The position numbers and the translations under genes were made by a program. This document shows, one piece after another, positions 13,176-24,959 of a DNA stretch of 64,000 nt (position 1 is its first letter; every line of letters starts with the position of its first letter). The stretch covers positions 186,001 through 250,000 of the forward strand of contig JBDOQK010000030.1 in the NCBI GenBank assembly GCA_040437565.1, read 5' to 3'. The notes beneath the pieces are model-generated. The model searched no databases. It saw only the letters and a list, made by a program, of their open reading frames with translations, and was not told where the DNA came from. This DNA comes from Albugo candida (lineage: Eukaryota).

Positions 13176-14284
13176 TATACCAAAAGTTGGAAAAAATATG
13201 GTCTTTATACCAAACGTAAAAAAAATATGGATTATATACCAGGAGTTTATGGTTTATATAACAAAACAAATATTACACAGGCGAAATCGTAAAATTATAA
13301 AAAATACACCAAAAGGTCTGAACATTATGTGAAATTATTAAAAATGTATTGTAGCATCACTAGAAAAGGATTAGTCCTTCCAGGTGCGCTTGTTGTGGCC
13401 GTGGTTACCGCATGAACTGCACTTGTTGCTGTGCTTCTTCTTGAAAGCTTCTGTGGCAGCCTGAGACTCGATTCGCTTCGCCCTCTTGGGCCGACCACGC
13501 TTCTTTGACACCGTGAGAGGTTCATGTTTCTTTAAACGCGTCCTTCATCCATCGCCAAGCATGAACTCATTTTTACCATGGGGTCGTAAGAACGCTGGTA
13601 CATCTCCTTGGTCCACGACGCATCGCAGAAAGTCTTGAGTAGCGAGAGCTTGTTGACGGATCAAAGGGCCGCATAGAGATGAGAGCATGGCCCTTTCATG
13701 TCGCCAAAGTAGCCACAAGAACACGGATTNNNNNNNNNNNNNNNNNNNNNNNNNNNNNNNNNNNNNNNNNNNNNNNNNNNNNNNNNNNNNNNNNNNNNNN
13801 NNNNNNNNNNNNNNNNNNNNNNNNNNNNNCATCGCCAAGCATGAACTCATTTTTACCATGGGGTCGTAAGAACGCTGGTACATCTCCTTGGTCCACGACG
13901 CATCGCAGAAAGTCTTGAGTAGCGAGAGCTTGTTGACGGATCGAAGGGCCGCATAGAGATGAGAGCATGGCCCTTTCATGTCGCCAAAGTAGCCACAAGA
14001 ACACGGATTTTAGGATTATCTAGATCCACAGAATACTCCACAGGAAGCTCTCCATCCTTCCTCACCTTGACCACGAATGATGACAGGTAACTAGGGACTA
14101 TTTCGATCCTGTCAACGACAAAGACATAGCGCTTGCGCTCGAATTCCTTGGTTGCGTAAGCTGTGAGTTCCCCCCATGAAGCCGACTTGGCGATGAATTC
14201 AACCCACTTGATACCTTTGTACTTTTTCACCACCATAAGACAGTCCAGAAGTGGCTTCTCTCTAGCTTCAAGCAGGACGTTATT

Positions 14285-14537
14285 TTTTTTTACTTTGTCA
14301 AGGAATCATTACACTGTTTATCTGATTTTTTAACTACCTTCCTTGTCCTATCATGAGCCTCTGTCCATGTGTATCTTCCTTAAGTCTGACTTCAAACCTA
14401 GGGAGGCAGATATTTTCCAAGCTTATTGCGTGGGTGGGCTCAAACCGCTTCCCACACTGCCAGGGATCGAACTAACGACCTCCGGCAGGGGGTCCGTGTG
14501 CTCAAGTGCTTGACCGACTAAGCTGGGGCGGATCCCA
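14285..14537 (-). mobile_element. tRNA-derived SINE inserted in the MULE transposase
   Basis: Minus strand has an A-box-like agcttagtcggtcaagcac, a B-box-like ggtcgttagttcgatccc and an A-rich tail. It is flanked by a ~15-bp TSD aagcaggacgttatt (14270-14284) / aagcaggacatatt (14538-14551). Confidence 0.8.
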
Positions 14538-15859
14538 AAGCAGGACATATTGAAAGATTCCACGTTGTCGCTAGTCATGTTCCCAAAGCGCGGGCGTATA
14601 CTATACGCGGCAGCCCATTTGAACTTGTCTGCATAGAGTAGCCATTGCAGCGCCTTTGCATTGTTTTTCTTCAACTCACTGGCTCGCCGTTCGAACGACG
14701 CAACCGTCAAGGACTTGGCCAGATTCCATAACTGGTCCTTTTATGTCGCATTGCAAAATTTGGCGTTGAAATTCTCGAGCATGTGACGAACACAAAAAAG
14801 TGAGTGATATCACCTGCTTTAACTTGCATCGCCGGAATGAGATCCTTGTCACGGTCGGAGATGAAGAATGCTGTCGCTTCTACAAAGCGTAGAAGAAAGT
14901 CCAGGAGCCATGACCAATTGACTTTTGTCTCACCTGACACCCAAGCGACCGCGGCAATTTGGATCTCATTGTTGCTGTTTTTACAGCAAGCGACAAGAAG
15001 GACTCCACCATATTTGTGCTTCATAAATGTGCCATCCAGATTGATGCCGTGATCTGCAAATTCACGAAGCACATGAATGCCGGGCTTGTATGCGATAACA
15101 CCCTGAGAAATTTTGTCCTCACACGCAACGTGATATCTGCCTTGTGTCCGCGCTTGTTCATTTCGTGTACGTATGACAAGATAAACTGGTATTGCGTGCG
15201 ATCTTCATCGAAGAGTTGCAATTTGAGGCAAATGCAGGCGTCGACACAATTCTGGTACGTCAATCGACACCCATCAGCCATCAGCTTCTTTTGCATCTCA
15301 GATGGACTGATACGACCCTTAACAACGACGAACTGGAGGGCCGAGTCAATCAAAGCGACGTGTGAAGACTTGTTCCTACGACTCGCTTCGTATGAAGTCA
15401 AGTCAACCCTCGTTGCGTCGCATGTGTGCGGCGCGAACGTATGAGGCGGCTCAAATCCCATACCATACGCAAAAGCGACTGCGAAGCTGCAATTTGGATC
15501 GAGACACAATACCTTGTAGCGTCTGTGGTCGCTCGATACGACACGAAACGCTCGTCCAACTTTTTGTTGTATGCAATGATCGCACTTGTTATATCGTCGC
15601 GACTGGCGTAGTCGCGTGAGTAAAAGTATGCACGCCCGTATCCCCAGTCCACTGGTGAACAGCCGTCACTTGACTTTTGTGTCTCACAACGTAGACGTCG
15701 TTGCTGGTAGTCGTCATAGTCGCGAGATGTGAATATTCTAACGATATGGCACTGAACAATGTGTAAACTTCAGACTTTTTGGTAAATTTTTCATAATTTT
15801 AAATAAACTTCAGACTTTTGGTGCATTTTTCATTTTTGTTTCAATTTCGCCCTTGTAAT

Positions 15860-16216
15860 ATTGGTTTTGGTGTATAAACCATATTTTTCAACTTTTGGTA
15901 TATAATCCATATTTGTCTAACTTTTGGTATACAATCCATATTGTTTTAAGTTTTGGTATATAATCCATATTTCTGAAACTCTTGGTATAAATACCATATT
16001 TCTGAAACGTTTGGTATATAAACCATATTTATTGAAAAAAGTGATATAAAATCCCCATATTCTCTTTTTTTTACGTTTTGGTATATAATTCATATTGTTT
16101 TAACTTTTGGAATAAAAATCATTTTTTTTTACTTTTGGCATATAAACCATATCTTTTTAACTTTTGGTATATAGACCATATTTTTGAAAAAAGTGGTATA
16201 AAATCCCCATATTCTC
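15860..16216. repeat. Tandem ~30-bp subterminal repeats of the MULE TIR
   Basis: About 11 imperfect copies of acttttggtatataa(t/a)ccatattt, ending in tataaaatccccatattctc. Confidence 0.85.
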
Positions 16217-16276
16217 TTTGACTAAATTGATTTTCGCCCTCCTTTTTTCAATTAATTTACACAATCGGCAGAAAAC

Positions 16277-16669
16277 ATGTCCGAGAACGATCGGTCGCAA
16301 AATCGGAATGATTTCTCTATCGATACCCAACGAACGAAATTGCTGAAATCTGTGCAAAAGTACAGATCCGAGCAGTCGACTCAAGTAGGTGACTTCAGCT
16401 GGATGGACCAGACATTGGGGCGGAAAAGCTTGTTGACTCGTGCAAAAGAGAACCCGGCTGTTCCATTAGGATGTCTTGCAACTATCGGCATTTTAGCAGG
16501 AGGAATGATGTCATTTCACAGAGGACAATCCAAGCTCGGGAATCGCTTCATGCAAGCTCGTGTAGCAGCTCAGGCCGCTACGATACTCGCTCTTGTAGTC
16601 GGTGCTATTTATGCAAAGAACGAAACCAAATGTGATCAATCTGGAAGTAAAACCTCCTACCTCGACTAA
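16277..16669 (+). CDS. HIG1-domain (RCF1/HIGD2-like) mitochondrial membrane protein
   Basis: KENPAVPLGCLAT...GQSKLGNRFMQARVAAQAATILAL is the HIG_1_N signature; 130 aa. Confidence 0.9.
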   Translation: MSENDRSQNRNDFSIDTQRTKLLKSVQKYRSEQSTQVGDFSWMDQTLGRKSLLTRAKENPAVPLGCLATIGILAGGMMSFHRGQSKLGNRFMQARVAAQAATILALVVGAIYAKNETKCDQSGSKTSYLD

Positions 16670-16762
16670 TTGGCGTATTTAACATTCTAGTACACCGTTT
16701 TCCCACATAAATCATCTACACTATACTATATCTGTAATTCCACCCGATCTTAAAAGGTCACA

Positions 16763-19561
16763 ATGAATGCTTCTCCGCATACAAAATGTCGCTCCGCGCA
16801 GCAGATAATGAACGATCTCACAAAACTGGTCACAGCCAAAGAGTACACATCGAAGAAAACAGCGGATGTCTTACGGGAGCTCACAGTGTGCTATGCGTCA
16901 CCCAATGCGTCGACTTTGTTACCACCATCCGTTCTGAAAGATCTTTGCACACTTCTCAAACACCTCAAAGACAAAAAAGACGATATCCGTATCGCCAAAT
17001 TCGCTTATTCCTTCCTATCGCGTGCGATAAGTCAATTGGAAGCTCTTTCACGCCAAAATGAACACTCGGATCGATTTGAGGGCATTCGTACTCCATTGAG
17101 GGAGCTCCTCCAAGAAGCCGAAANNNNNNNNNNNNNNNNNNNNNNNNNNNNNNNNNNNNNNNNNNNNNNNNNNNNNNNNNNNNNNNNNNNNNNNNNNNNN
17201 NNNNNNNNNNNNNNNNNNNNNNNCAAAATGTCGCTCCGCGCAGCAGATAATGAACGATCTCACAAAACTGGTCACAGCCAAAGAGTACACATCGAAGAAA
17301 ACAGCGGATGTCTTACGGGAGCTCACAGTGTGCTATGCGTCACCCAATGCGTCGACTTTGTTACCACCATCCGTTCTGAAAGATCTTTGCACACTTCTCA
17401 AACACCTCAAAGACAAAAAAGACGATATCCGTATCGCCAAATTCGCTTATTCCTTCCTATCGCGTGCGATAAGTCAATTGGAAGCTCTTTCACGCCAAAA
17501 TGAACACTCGGATCGATTTGAGGGCATTCGTACTCCATTGAGGGAGCTCCTCCAAGAAGCCGAAATCTCAGAAATCGCTCATTCAAATGTCTGGAGGCAG
17601 CACGCTGGTATCAAAATGTACGCTCATCTATGCAGTGTCTTTGATAAACGCGACGCTTTCTTCTCGTACGCGAAATCCGTTCTGAGTACCTCACCTGTGT
17701 GGTCCTCAATGACTCTTCACTCAAAGCGTAAGCTCAGCGTCCACTCTTTCCTTCCGTCCACGCTATCGAGCAAAAAGGATATCTCCACGCATCTGAGTGT
17801 GCTAAACGCCACACTGCATGGCGTACGCCACTACCTCAACGTCCAACAACAAAGCCTCCTTCTCGATAAATTATTTGAGGCTTCTTTCTGTCTCCAAAAA
17901 ATGAGTGCTTCTCGTCACGCGTCGGCGATTCTGTTCAAAGTTTTTGAATGCGGCACAGAATACGCCACAAAGGTCATACGAGCGCTAGAGGTCCATATCG
18001 TTGTGTCTAAACCGATATCTTTGTATTTGGGCGATGTAATGGCTTCCATTTATATGATCCATTTGTGTGGGATGATATCGCGCCTTCAAGTCGGTCAAAT
18101 GCCAGACTCTATGGACCTTCTCGGCGCTGATGATATCACACGAGTCGTAGTTCCCCAACACGTCTCCAATTGCGTCAGAGAATGGATCCTCGACCTCATT
18201 GTCGGGTACCTGAGCGCCAGCAATTCCAACCAGGAGCCTCTTCCTCGAGCGGTGCTGGCTGTCGCCTTGGAAGAATCCATCATCGACCTATCGGCTGACG
18301 CATTGCACGCATACGTTCGTGGCAGTTTGACGATCTTTGAGGTCGTATCCGCAGCCATAATGAAGCTCTTACGCGATCCATCCACACACAACAATTCCAT
18401 CGGACTTCATCGAGTGTATCGTATCATTGAGACAGCAGCCAGAAGCCTCGATAGTGTCACACTGAAAAGAGCGCATNNNNNNNNNNNNNNNNNNNNNNNN
18501 NNNNNNNNNNNNNNNNNNNNNNNNNNNNNNNNNNNNNNNNNNNNNNNNNNNNNNNNNNNNNNNNNNNNNNNNNNNNCGCATACGTTCGTGGCAGTTTGAC
18601 GATCTTTGAGGTCGTATCCGCAGCCATAATGAAGCTCTTACGCGATCCATCCACACACAACAATTCCATCGGACTTCATCGAGTGTATCGTATCATTGAG
18701 ACAGCAGCCAGAAGCCTCGATAGTGTCACACTGAAAAGAGCGCATTACGACGATGCATACCCGAATTATCTGTCGAAATTGACAGAGAAAATGATCGAAT
18801 CTGTGTGTCATCCAAATGAATTTGTAGCTGTCCAATGCTTTCTCGGGCTTTTGTGGCTGCTTCCTCGACCGAAAATGTCGGATGGAAATACGAATTATTG
18901 GAATGCGTTGATAGATCGATTAATAAACCTCTCAGAAGATCAAATTCCATCACAACAGCGTGTAAGCATTGCTACAGCTCTGTTTGAACGAGCTGTGACA
19001 TCTCCGAAATTGCATTCGATAGAATGTGATACCGAAATCCTTGGAATTTGTCTTGCGGTCGTCTTACTTTGGTTCCGAGCGAATTCGTGCGTATGGCATG
19101 GCGATATTCTGCTGTCCATTTGGCGCGTGTCGTGCTCTCTCCCTTCCATGCAAACCGCCACATTCACTTCGATACAATTGGTATTGGGCTTTTATGACAC
19201 TGAGAATCGATGCATTTCCACCATTCAGTCACAAACGCTATGGTATCTCTATGAGGCTGCTGGCAGTATCGCTGAAAATCCTCACTGGGCTCAGTCATTG
19301 ATCGTACAGCTTACTCGATACGTCGTGCTCGCATCCCATCCGCTTCGACGTGCTTCCATGCGCGTACTGCAGCAAATACGCTCCAAAGCTTATGAAAATC
19401 TAAACGGACAAAATCAGCAAAAAATCATCGATTCCATCACAAATTTGATGGAAAGTATGACTGCGAGTCCGTCAGCATCGGATCGACCTCTGTTCCTCGC
19501 AAGCGAGTTGCAAGCGCACACGCTCGGCCTCATCGATGTCCTCATGGAGTCGTCGCTATAG
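16763..19561 (+). CDS. Alpha-solenoid protein, probable TSET complex subunit TSAUCER (plant TASH3 homolog) without SH3; one gene split by two gaps with duplicated flanks
   Basis: The ORF pieces join in frame once the overlap duplications at the gaps are removed. A colinear series of motifs resembles plant TASH3 (see finding). The CDS itself is well supported; the product is inferred. Confidence 0.65.
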
Positions 19562-19626
19562 CAAACCAAAAATCGATTTTCAAGTGTATTATCGTCCATT
19601 AACAATCTCAATGTGCTTTGTATGTA

Positions 19627-21720
19627 CTAAGTGTTAAAATCGCGAACTTCATTGACAATTTCCAAAGCGCGTTGGAGCAGAGTTCGCATCTCACAGCAAG
19701 TGGATCGACGTGTAGCGATATCGGACGTTTCTTGCAACAGATCTGCCAATTGATCTTCTCTGTACAACGCCGACACCAATTCGTTCTGCACGTTTTGTTG
19801 CGAGTGGAGAACCATAAAACACATAATCGATTTCGGTACCAAGTCCAAAAAATTCTTCCGCACGATGTCAAAGTACGACGCCAATAGACTTTTAATGATC
19901 TCAGTCTCGATACGTTCTCTGTCTGTCGGCTCTTCTAATGGCCTCATTGTTGCCGGAACTTGTGGTAATTTCACAATTGAGTTTCGTGGATCGATTCCCA
20001 TTGATTTTCGGCCGAGATGGACGCCATTTCCCGCGATCTCACCGGAGAAATTTTTACCATTCGATTTCGCGCTATCGAAATTAACAGCTGATGGTCCATT
20101 ACTGACAGTTGTGCTCGTACTGGAACTCATTATCGAGCCATTCGTTCCACCATCTCGCTGCATTTTCTCCATCAATTGCGCAACAGCCCGACTTCCTCCA
20201 ATGAAATCGGGATGATTTGTGTTGATATACGCCAATTCGATGTGAATGAGATTCTGTATCATCGTTTGTGTGGGTCCCAGGCACGTCCTCAGCATTTTAT
20301 TGACGACTTCAAGCACTCGATCGCGTAATTCGGGAAATCGACTCAATTCCATCGTTTCGCATTGTGAGGCGACACGCTGTAGTTCGTCGAAAATAAGGTC
20401 CACACACTGTAAACCAGGCTGTTCCAATCGTTTAATTTGACGCTTTGCGAGCAATTCAAAGGAGATTTCAGGTACAAATAGCGACTGTCGTGGACCATTG
20501 GCGTTCCGTATTGTCGTGCGGATGTCTTCGTCGGATAATGTGTCAAAGGGATCGACGTCTCGCAGTGCTTTCATAAAAATCTCACCGAATATATAGTGAA
20601 TTCTTGCACCACCATATAATTCCTGCATTTCCATCCCATTTGGCGAATTATGACGTCCATCCAGCGAGTTGGAGAAATTCGTCGCGAAATGCGATATTAA
20701 ATGTAAGAGACATCCGCCCAAATCGGTTTTACTCATAAATTGTGTAGGCGACCCCATTTCAGTCAATTCCTGATCTAGGTCCGTAACCATACTTCCTATT
20801 TTTGACTTTATTTCAGGCAAACAATCGCGAATGTGATGCATTAGGATCGTGTTGAGAGTCTTCGAGAGGTACTGTGTACCCATTGTGGAGGATACGGTTC
20901 GGTACGCCGAGTGCTGTTGAAAGAATTTTTGTTCTTTTTGTAAACTATCGCGAATGGATACGTTGTTATTGATATCGGCTTGACTTCGATTCACTACGCC
21001 CACAAAACCTCGTCGGAGAGATATGATTCGCCCCTGTAACATTTCTAACGCGTCCGTTCCCTCATCCATCAAGTCGATTTTAGTGAGGACACCGATGGTA
21101 CGGTCCCCTGCTGGGTCGATCTCGCGGGCTAGCTTAAGTGCGTCACTATTGGCCAAATCAGTGTTGGCGGATGTGACGGCCAGTATGATCGAATTCGGAT
21201 TGGAGATAAATTCGACGCACATATCGCGAATTTGTTCTTCTATATCGATGGGTTGATCGCCAACCGGTACTTTGGTGACTCCGGGGAGATCCACTAGTGT
21301 CAGATTGAGAACGTGGGGGGAATATATCTTTAAGTTGATCGTTTTATTGGATATTCCCTTGTTTTTACCCGTTAGTCGATCGGTTTCTCGCTCAATCTCA
21401 TGTCGAATTTCACTGAAATCTTTAAATTTCTTACCGGGTATGTGTAAAAATTCGCCCCATTCTACGTTGCTTTCACCTCCAATTAGTTGTGTTTCATCCA
21501 AATTTGATTGGGAATTATAAAGCTGTAGTATTAGTGGACGTCGTGTTACGATTCCGGATCCACGGGGTAAGAAATCACGACCAACAATATTTTCCAACAC
21601 TGATGATTTTCCGCTACTTTGTGATCCAATCACAACGATTTGCGGTAAGTTGACGGGTGACTGACCGATCGCACTAAATACGTCTTGCAATTTGTTTACG
21701 ATTGGGATTAGCTGATCCAT
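19627..21720 (-). CDS. Dynamin-related GTPase (DRP1/Dnm1/DRP3-like)
   Basis: 697 aa; GSQSSGKSS P-loop, DLPG, TKID, middle domain LAYINTNHPDF and GED; no PH or proline-rich domain. Confidence 0.95.
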   Translation of the reverse strand: MDQLIPIVNKLQDVFSAIGQSPVNLPQIVVIGSQSSGKSSVLENIVGRDFLPRGSGIVTRRPLILQLYNSQSNLDETQLIGGESNVEWGEFLHIPGKKFKDFSEIRHEIERETDRLTGKNKGISNKTINLKIYSPHVLNLTLVDLPGVTKVPVGDQPIDIEEQIRDMCVEFISNPNSIILAVTSANTDLANSDALKLAREIDPAGDRTIGVLTKIDLMDEGTDALEMLQGRIISLRRGFVGVVNRSQADINNNVSIRDSLQKEQKFFQQHSAYRTVSSTMGTQYLSKTLNTILMHHIRDCLPEIKSKIGSMVTDLDQELTEMGSPTQFMSKTDLGGCLLHLISHFATNFSNSLDGRHNSPNGMEMQELYGGARIHYIFGEIFMKALRDVDPFDTLSDEDIRTTIRNANGPRQSLFVPEISFELLAKRQIKRLEQPGLQCVDLIFDELQRVASQCETMELSRFPELRDRVLEVVNKMLRTCLGPTQTMIQNLIHIELAYINTNHPDFIGGSRAVAQLMEKMQRDGGTNGSIMSSSTSTTVSNGPSAVNFDSAKSNGKNFSGEIAGNGVHLGRKSMGIDPRNSIVKLPQVPATMRPLEEPTDRERIETEIIKSLLASYFDIVRKNFLDLVPKSIMCFMVLHSQQNVQNELVSALYREDQLADLLQETSDIATRRSTCCEMRTLLQRALEIVNEVRDFNT

Positions 21721-22117
21721 GCCAAAGTATTAATTGCGGAGTGATAACTAGTAAGTGCGACTGGCAGTGATTCACTTTGAGACTCTTGAGTTGGTTTTCG
21801 TACTCTGCGAGCGGGAGTGAAATATTTATATGCTTCCCTTACTTTACTATGTGTACTTGATTTATACGATACGAAATCTTCTATGGTGTCATTGAAGTCT
21901 AAAAAAAGAAGCCAAGCGGTATACGTATAGCAACCGAATAAATCACGTAGTAAACGTACACTCTAGAATGTATTTTTCCTTCTTAGTGTCATTAGATACA
22001 CATTAGGACGTAATAGAGTCTTCTCGAAGTTGCTTTGGTGTGTGACACAGTGTATGTGTGCAGTCAAGTAATCAGAGTAATCCAGCAATTCAAATCTACA
22101 GAATTTTATCTTATTGA

Positions 22118-24959
22118 ATGAGTTTGTCCCCCATTCATGAGATTCTAACCACAACCAATCTTCGCGCCTATGAGCTACAACAAGGTTTTCGGCAACTATC
22201 TGACCCGTCTAATTGTACCCGCAGCCCAAGTACACAATCTGACCAAACTGTCAATAGAGTGTCAGCAATTCAAGAACAACAAATACGCTGCGACATTCGA
22301 CATCGAATTGCGACAATCAATCACCGCATTCATTCCACGTTTCTCAATGTTAAACGGAACGATAGCAAGAAGTCAGTCACCCTACAAAGCACAAATACTG
22401 GACCAACAAATAGCACCAAGAATGTGAGCAAAATTGCTATGGTTAACGCATCAAATCGTCCGAAATCCATAAAGTCGACTAAATCCGCAAAAAAAGACTT
22501 GTTGCACACAAACTTAGATGACGACAAATATAAAGTTTCAATACGCAATGCCACACAAAAAGACTGTCAGAAGCAATCAGACACGAAAATTATTGTCCCG
22601 GAGTCTACATCTTCAATACTGGACCTTGACGTAAACTCGTTCTCAAAGCCCAACAAGGTAAATAGAGTCACACACAAAGTGGAAGTTGACTCACCAAGTC
22701 CAGTACGCGTGGAAATCGAGGAAACGTCAACAGCAAAAGTCAAGTGTACACTTGTGCCTAAGGAACTTAAGGATCAATTCAAATCAAACTTACCCAATCA
22801 ACTTTCCACGGCGACTTCATCGAACCTTGCAAAAGTGAACTTCGCTCCCAGACCACAAAATCATAAATTAGATCCAAATGTATTGCGTAAGTTATTTAAC
22901 GACTTGGACGCTGATAATGACGGCGCCCTGAACCGAATCGAAGTATGTATAGCGATGCATCGATTACAATTATCCATCTCCACTGAGCAAATCACCGCAT
23001 TTTTTCGCCGTCTGCATCGTCGATCTGCAGCACTCGGTCAAGTCACTTCTCAGAGATCCAGCATGGGTACCAACGCTTTGTATGAAGTTATAAATTACAA
23101 GCAATTCGCTGCATTTGTGGTCGCTGTTGTGGCTAACCAACAGAATATCAAAAACAATGAACAACAAGAGCGACTTTTAGCCTGGAAGCTCACGCATAAT
23201 AAAGTCCAATCAATGACGAGTATCGCTTCGCTCAACGAACCCGATTCGAGAGAATCCATCACTTCAGAACAATTATCTCCAATAATCGATCGGGATTGTA
23301 GCCCTAGCGATTCATTCGAACGACATTATGTAACAAAAAAGCTTTGCGATTGTGCGAGTTCACCGATCCAATCCCCGCAACCAATTATCAAAGAATCAGA
23401 GCACAAGTCCGAATCGCAGACGGAGAATACAATTGTCNNNNNNNNNNNNNNNNNNNNNNNNNNNNNNNNNNNNNNNNNNNNNNNNNNNNNNNNNNNNNNN
23501 NNNNNNNNNNNNNNNNNNNNNNNNNNNNNNNNNNNNNGATCGGGATTGTAGCCCTAGCGATTCATTCGAACGACATTATGTAACAAAAAAGCTTTGCGAT
23601 TGTGCGAGTTCACCGATCCAATCCCCGCAACCAATTATCAAAGAATCAGAGCACAAGTCCGAATCGCAGACGGAGAATACAATTGTCCAAGGATCTGACA
23701 CTAATGGTGACCACACCAGCTCAAAATGCGATAATTTTCGAACCGATCAATTGATAGCATTAATTCTCTATGAAGTATGTTGTCGCAAGGATCCGCTTTT
23801 TTCACAAAGTGCTCGGAATGAGGTTTCACCTCAAAACGAGAAAAAGACTCAGATACTCATTCCAGACGTCGTCGAAAGAGGAATTCAGACCTCAATGAGT
23901 ACGCCGCAATTTGAGGATACTCACGATTTGAGGTCAGAGCTTCGAGGAACTTTGTTTGAGTTTTTTCGCGAGCTCCGAGAAACGATACAAGACACTGCAG
24001 CCGAAAGGGTGAAATGGAGAGAAGTTGCCAAGTGTTGTCATTCCAGTAAAAGCATCTGCCAAAGCGATACGCGCATTTCTATGCATCCCGTTTTTGAAGA
24101 CGCAAATAGTTTGCAAAAGGATGACAATGATGTTTCAGTTGATGAACGCGTTGGGGATGACCTTCCTGTAGAAGGAATTGACCAAATAAAAGATACAAAG
24201 AAGCTTGATATCATCGATTTGACCGAAAATTCATGTGCCGATGACCAAAATATCACTGTATCAAGCCATGCTGCAAAGTTATCGATTGAGAATCTGGATG
24301 GATCGAATTTCGATATTATTACAAAAGACACTACTGATGCTAATCGTCCGGAATTACCAAACTTGGATCGGAAGGAAGAGTTTTCTGCATCGATGAATGT
24401 TTCTGAGCAGCATTTGAACGTCATATACAGCGAATCTTCCAGCTCCAGTAGCGATTTGGCATTCATTTCCCATCAGTCGACATACTATCTCCGAGCAAGA
24501 AACCACTGTCAAACATATCACTGCGGACGTTCTACTGCGCACAAGCTACAAGATACGATTTCAGATGGCGAGGTATGCAATGGGACTCACACCGGAAGAT
24601 TGAGTGATGGAGAAGTGCCCAGTTTCGTTAGAGGTTACCGCACTATACCAGCACGCCATCGAGTAGAAATGAAGAGAGCAGGAAGCTATGAAAGCAGTGT
24701 CGGCTATCCGGCAATGCGATCTTTAGAGCCGGGAGAGCTTCTTACTGAGGTAAGAATCTCTCATCATCATACGATGTCGACTCATACTTTCTTCTGATAG
24801 CCAAATTCCAATTGCTTTGTTCGATCAAGTTTGGATTCTCTTGAAACAGGTGAGGAAGAAGATGGTTTGCTCATGGAAAGCGATGAAAGCGATACCGACT
24901 CACGTCCTCCTCCAGCACCTCCTTCATCCTCACCACCCTCATCCTCGCACATGATTTGA
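22118..24959 (+). CDS. Low-complexity protein with an EF-hand pair
   Basis: LFNDLDADNDGALNRIEV EF-hand loop. The ORF continues across a gap with duplicated flank. Probable intron 24750-24800, then stop at 24957-24959. Confidence 0.7.

Larger units (their letters stand above)
13176..16216 (-). mobile_element. MuDR/MULE transposon with SWIM domain, defective
   Basis: Broken transposase ~15650 to 13400 with INLDGTFMKHKYGGVLLVA, FISDRDK, SDNVESFN, SWIM-type PCSHLYAA and a basic GPRGR tail. Inverted terminal regions are built of ~30-bp repeats (13176-13330 vs 15800-16216). Confidence 0.85.

Noticed and set aside
15860-16216. CRISPR-like array of ~30-bp repeats
   Set aside because: Units are contiguous and degenerate with no unique spacers, have an inverted partner at 13176-13330, and lie in a eukaryotic MULE terminus; no cas genes.
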